From: a virus
Lineage: Duplodnaviria; Caudoviricetes
Direction: 5' to 3' (one strand)
IMG/VR virus record: IMGVR_UViG_3300010283_000005
Location: 1-64,000 of that record
DNA: 64,000 nt
Both the position numbers and the translations under genes were made by a program. The notes beneath the pieces were generated by a model. The model did not search any database. It was not told where the DNA came from and saw only the letters and a program-made list of their open reading frames with translations. This document shows, in pieces, positions 63,046 through 64,000 of this stretch; positions within the stretch are counted from its first letter, which is position 1; each line of letters begins with the position of its first letter.

Positions 63046-64000
63046 TTTCTTCAGTGCTGATCAGGTAGAGAATATGCTACGTAAGGTAGTCACTAAAGAA
63101 TTTGAAGTGATGACTCAAGATGAGATCCTAGATACTCTAATCAATGGAGTAGAAGATCTGAAAGGTGAGGAACTTGATAAGCGTACTCTCTACACTGGAA
63201 GGGATATCTCTGATGCAAGAGATTATCTAGTAACTAAGATAATGGAGCTTACCGATAAATGGACTGATTTTAACGAATCCGATACTGGTATGGTTCTAAT
63301 TGAGCTAGTCTCAGGATTAGCTGATATGCTAGGATTCTATTTGGATAAGAATACGCTAGAGTGCTTCATCACAGATGTGAAGCAGCGTAAGAATGGAGCA
63401 GGTATCCTAAGCTTAATCGGGTACAAGATGTTCATGACTAATTCATGCGTGACTACTGGTCGATTCGTACTTAATGAGACTTATACTGATGACATCACAA
63501 TTCCTCGATACACTCAGCTGACTGCAATTTTAGCAGATAAGAGTGAGATCAAGTATGCTACTCAGTATGAAGTGATGATTCCAGCTGGCTCAGAAGTAGC
63601 TACTGTACCATTGATTCAAGGTCTTGTTACTAAGTCTGAAATTCCAGTATCTGATCTTCGCAATAATCAGAAAATCAAGATTCTAGCTGAGAATATAGCT
63701 AATGGATCTATGATTTTGACAATTGATGGTCAGGAATGGACTGAGATTCCTGATGTATTAGTGGATGATGTACCTGGTAGGAAGTACTCCCTATATGAGG
63801 ATAAGAATTGTGAACCGTACATCTTATTCCATAATAGTTATAAGGATTATCTTCCATCTGATGATTCTCAGAAAGCTACTCTGACTTTCTTGACTAGCCT
63901 AGGTCCTGCTGGCAAGATCAAGGAGGGCATGATCACTAGAATCGATAGTCAGATCTTCGCAGGTAGAGATGATATTAGTTCTGCAATTGAGGTCACTAAT
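63038..64000 (+). CDS. baseplate wedge gp6/gpJ-like protein (truncated by window end, not in ORF track)
   Basis: AGGAGGTGA SD + ATG 63038; YTGRD...WTDFNESDTGMVLIEL..LADMLGFYLD. Confidence 0.85.
   Translation, partial: MSNFFSADQVENMLRKVVTKEFEVMTQDEILDTLINGVEDLKGEELDKRTLYTGRDISDARDYLVTKIMELTDKWTDFNESDTGMVLIELVSGLADMLGFYLDKNTLECFITDVKQRKNGAGILSLIGYKMFMTNSCVTTGRFVLNETYTDDITIPRYTQLTAILADKSEIKYATQYEVMIPAGSEVATVPLIQGLVTKSEIPVSDLRNNQKIKILAENIANGSMILTIDGQEWTEIPDVLVDDVPGRKYSLYEDKNCEPYILFHNSYKDYLPSDDSQKATLTFLTSLGPAGKIKEGMITRIDSQIFAGRDDISSAIEVTN

Overview
A 64-kb segment of a large tailed dsDNA phage with a T4-like (contractile-tailed) virion module. The host is probably a Firmicute, inferred from strong GGAGG Shine-Dalgarno sites and SleB-, GH73- and CHAP-type cell-wall enzymes. 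Essentially all genes are on the + strand. Layout: (i) 1-18 kb accessory genes, including two ADP-ribosyltransferase-like proteins, a stand-alone GGDEF protein, a DenV-like glycosylase, a radical SAM protein, LemA and a GHKL ATPase; several carry prohead-protease-type xxE motifs. (ii) 18-24 kb RNA-rich island with 9 canonical tRNAs, a tmRNA, a DUF2828/TROVE-like+vWA protein and several unexplained structured RNAs. (iii) 24-38 kb nucleotide metabolism and repair genes (GIY-YIG, tdk, dut, minimal PolX, UvrD, RmlA, vWA, GroES, HD, PC4, ThyX-like, SSB). (iv) 38-64 kb terminase, portal, protease/scaffold, major capsid, neck, sheath, tube, tape measure and baseplate. The first standout observation is four RNA elements sharing a TAGRWRC stem + T(A/C)AC(A/T)GCAA motif, each presenting a different tRNA anticodon loop (Thr-UGU, Pro-UGG, Asn-GUU, Ile-GAU). 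Two are grafted into tRNA bodies, and three lie directly upstream of the Ro60-like gene. The second is a roughly 190-nt RNA that reproduces the 23S rRNA GTPase-associated centre (H43/H44, L11 site) with compensatory changes and a 123-nt structured insertion. Also seen: a 14-copy phage promoter (RGAGYWAAT-N13-CGTTTATA) and three origin-like elements about 12.3-12.4 kb apart. All assignments were made by eye from motifs; no database search was run.
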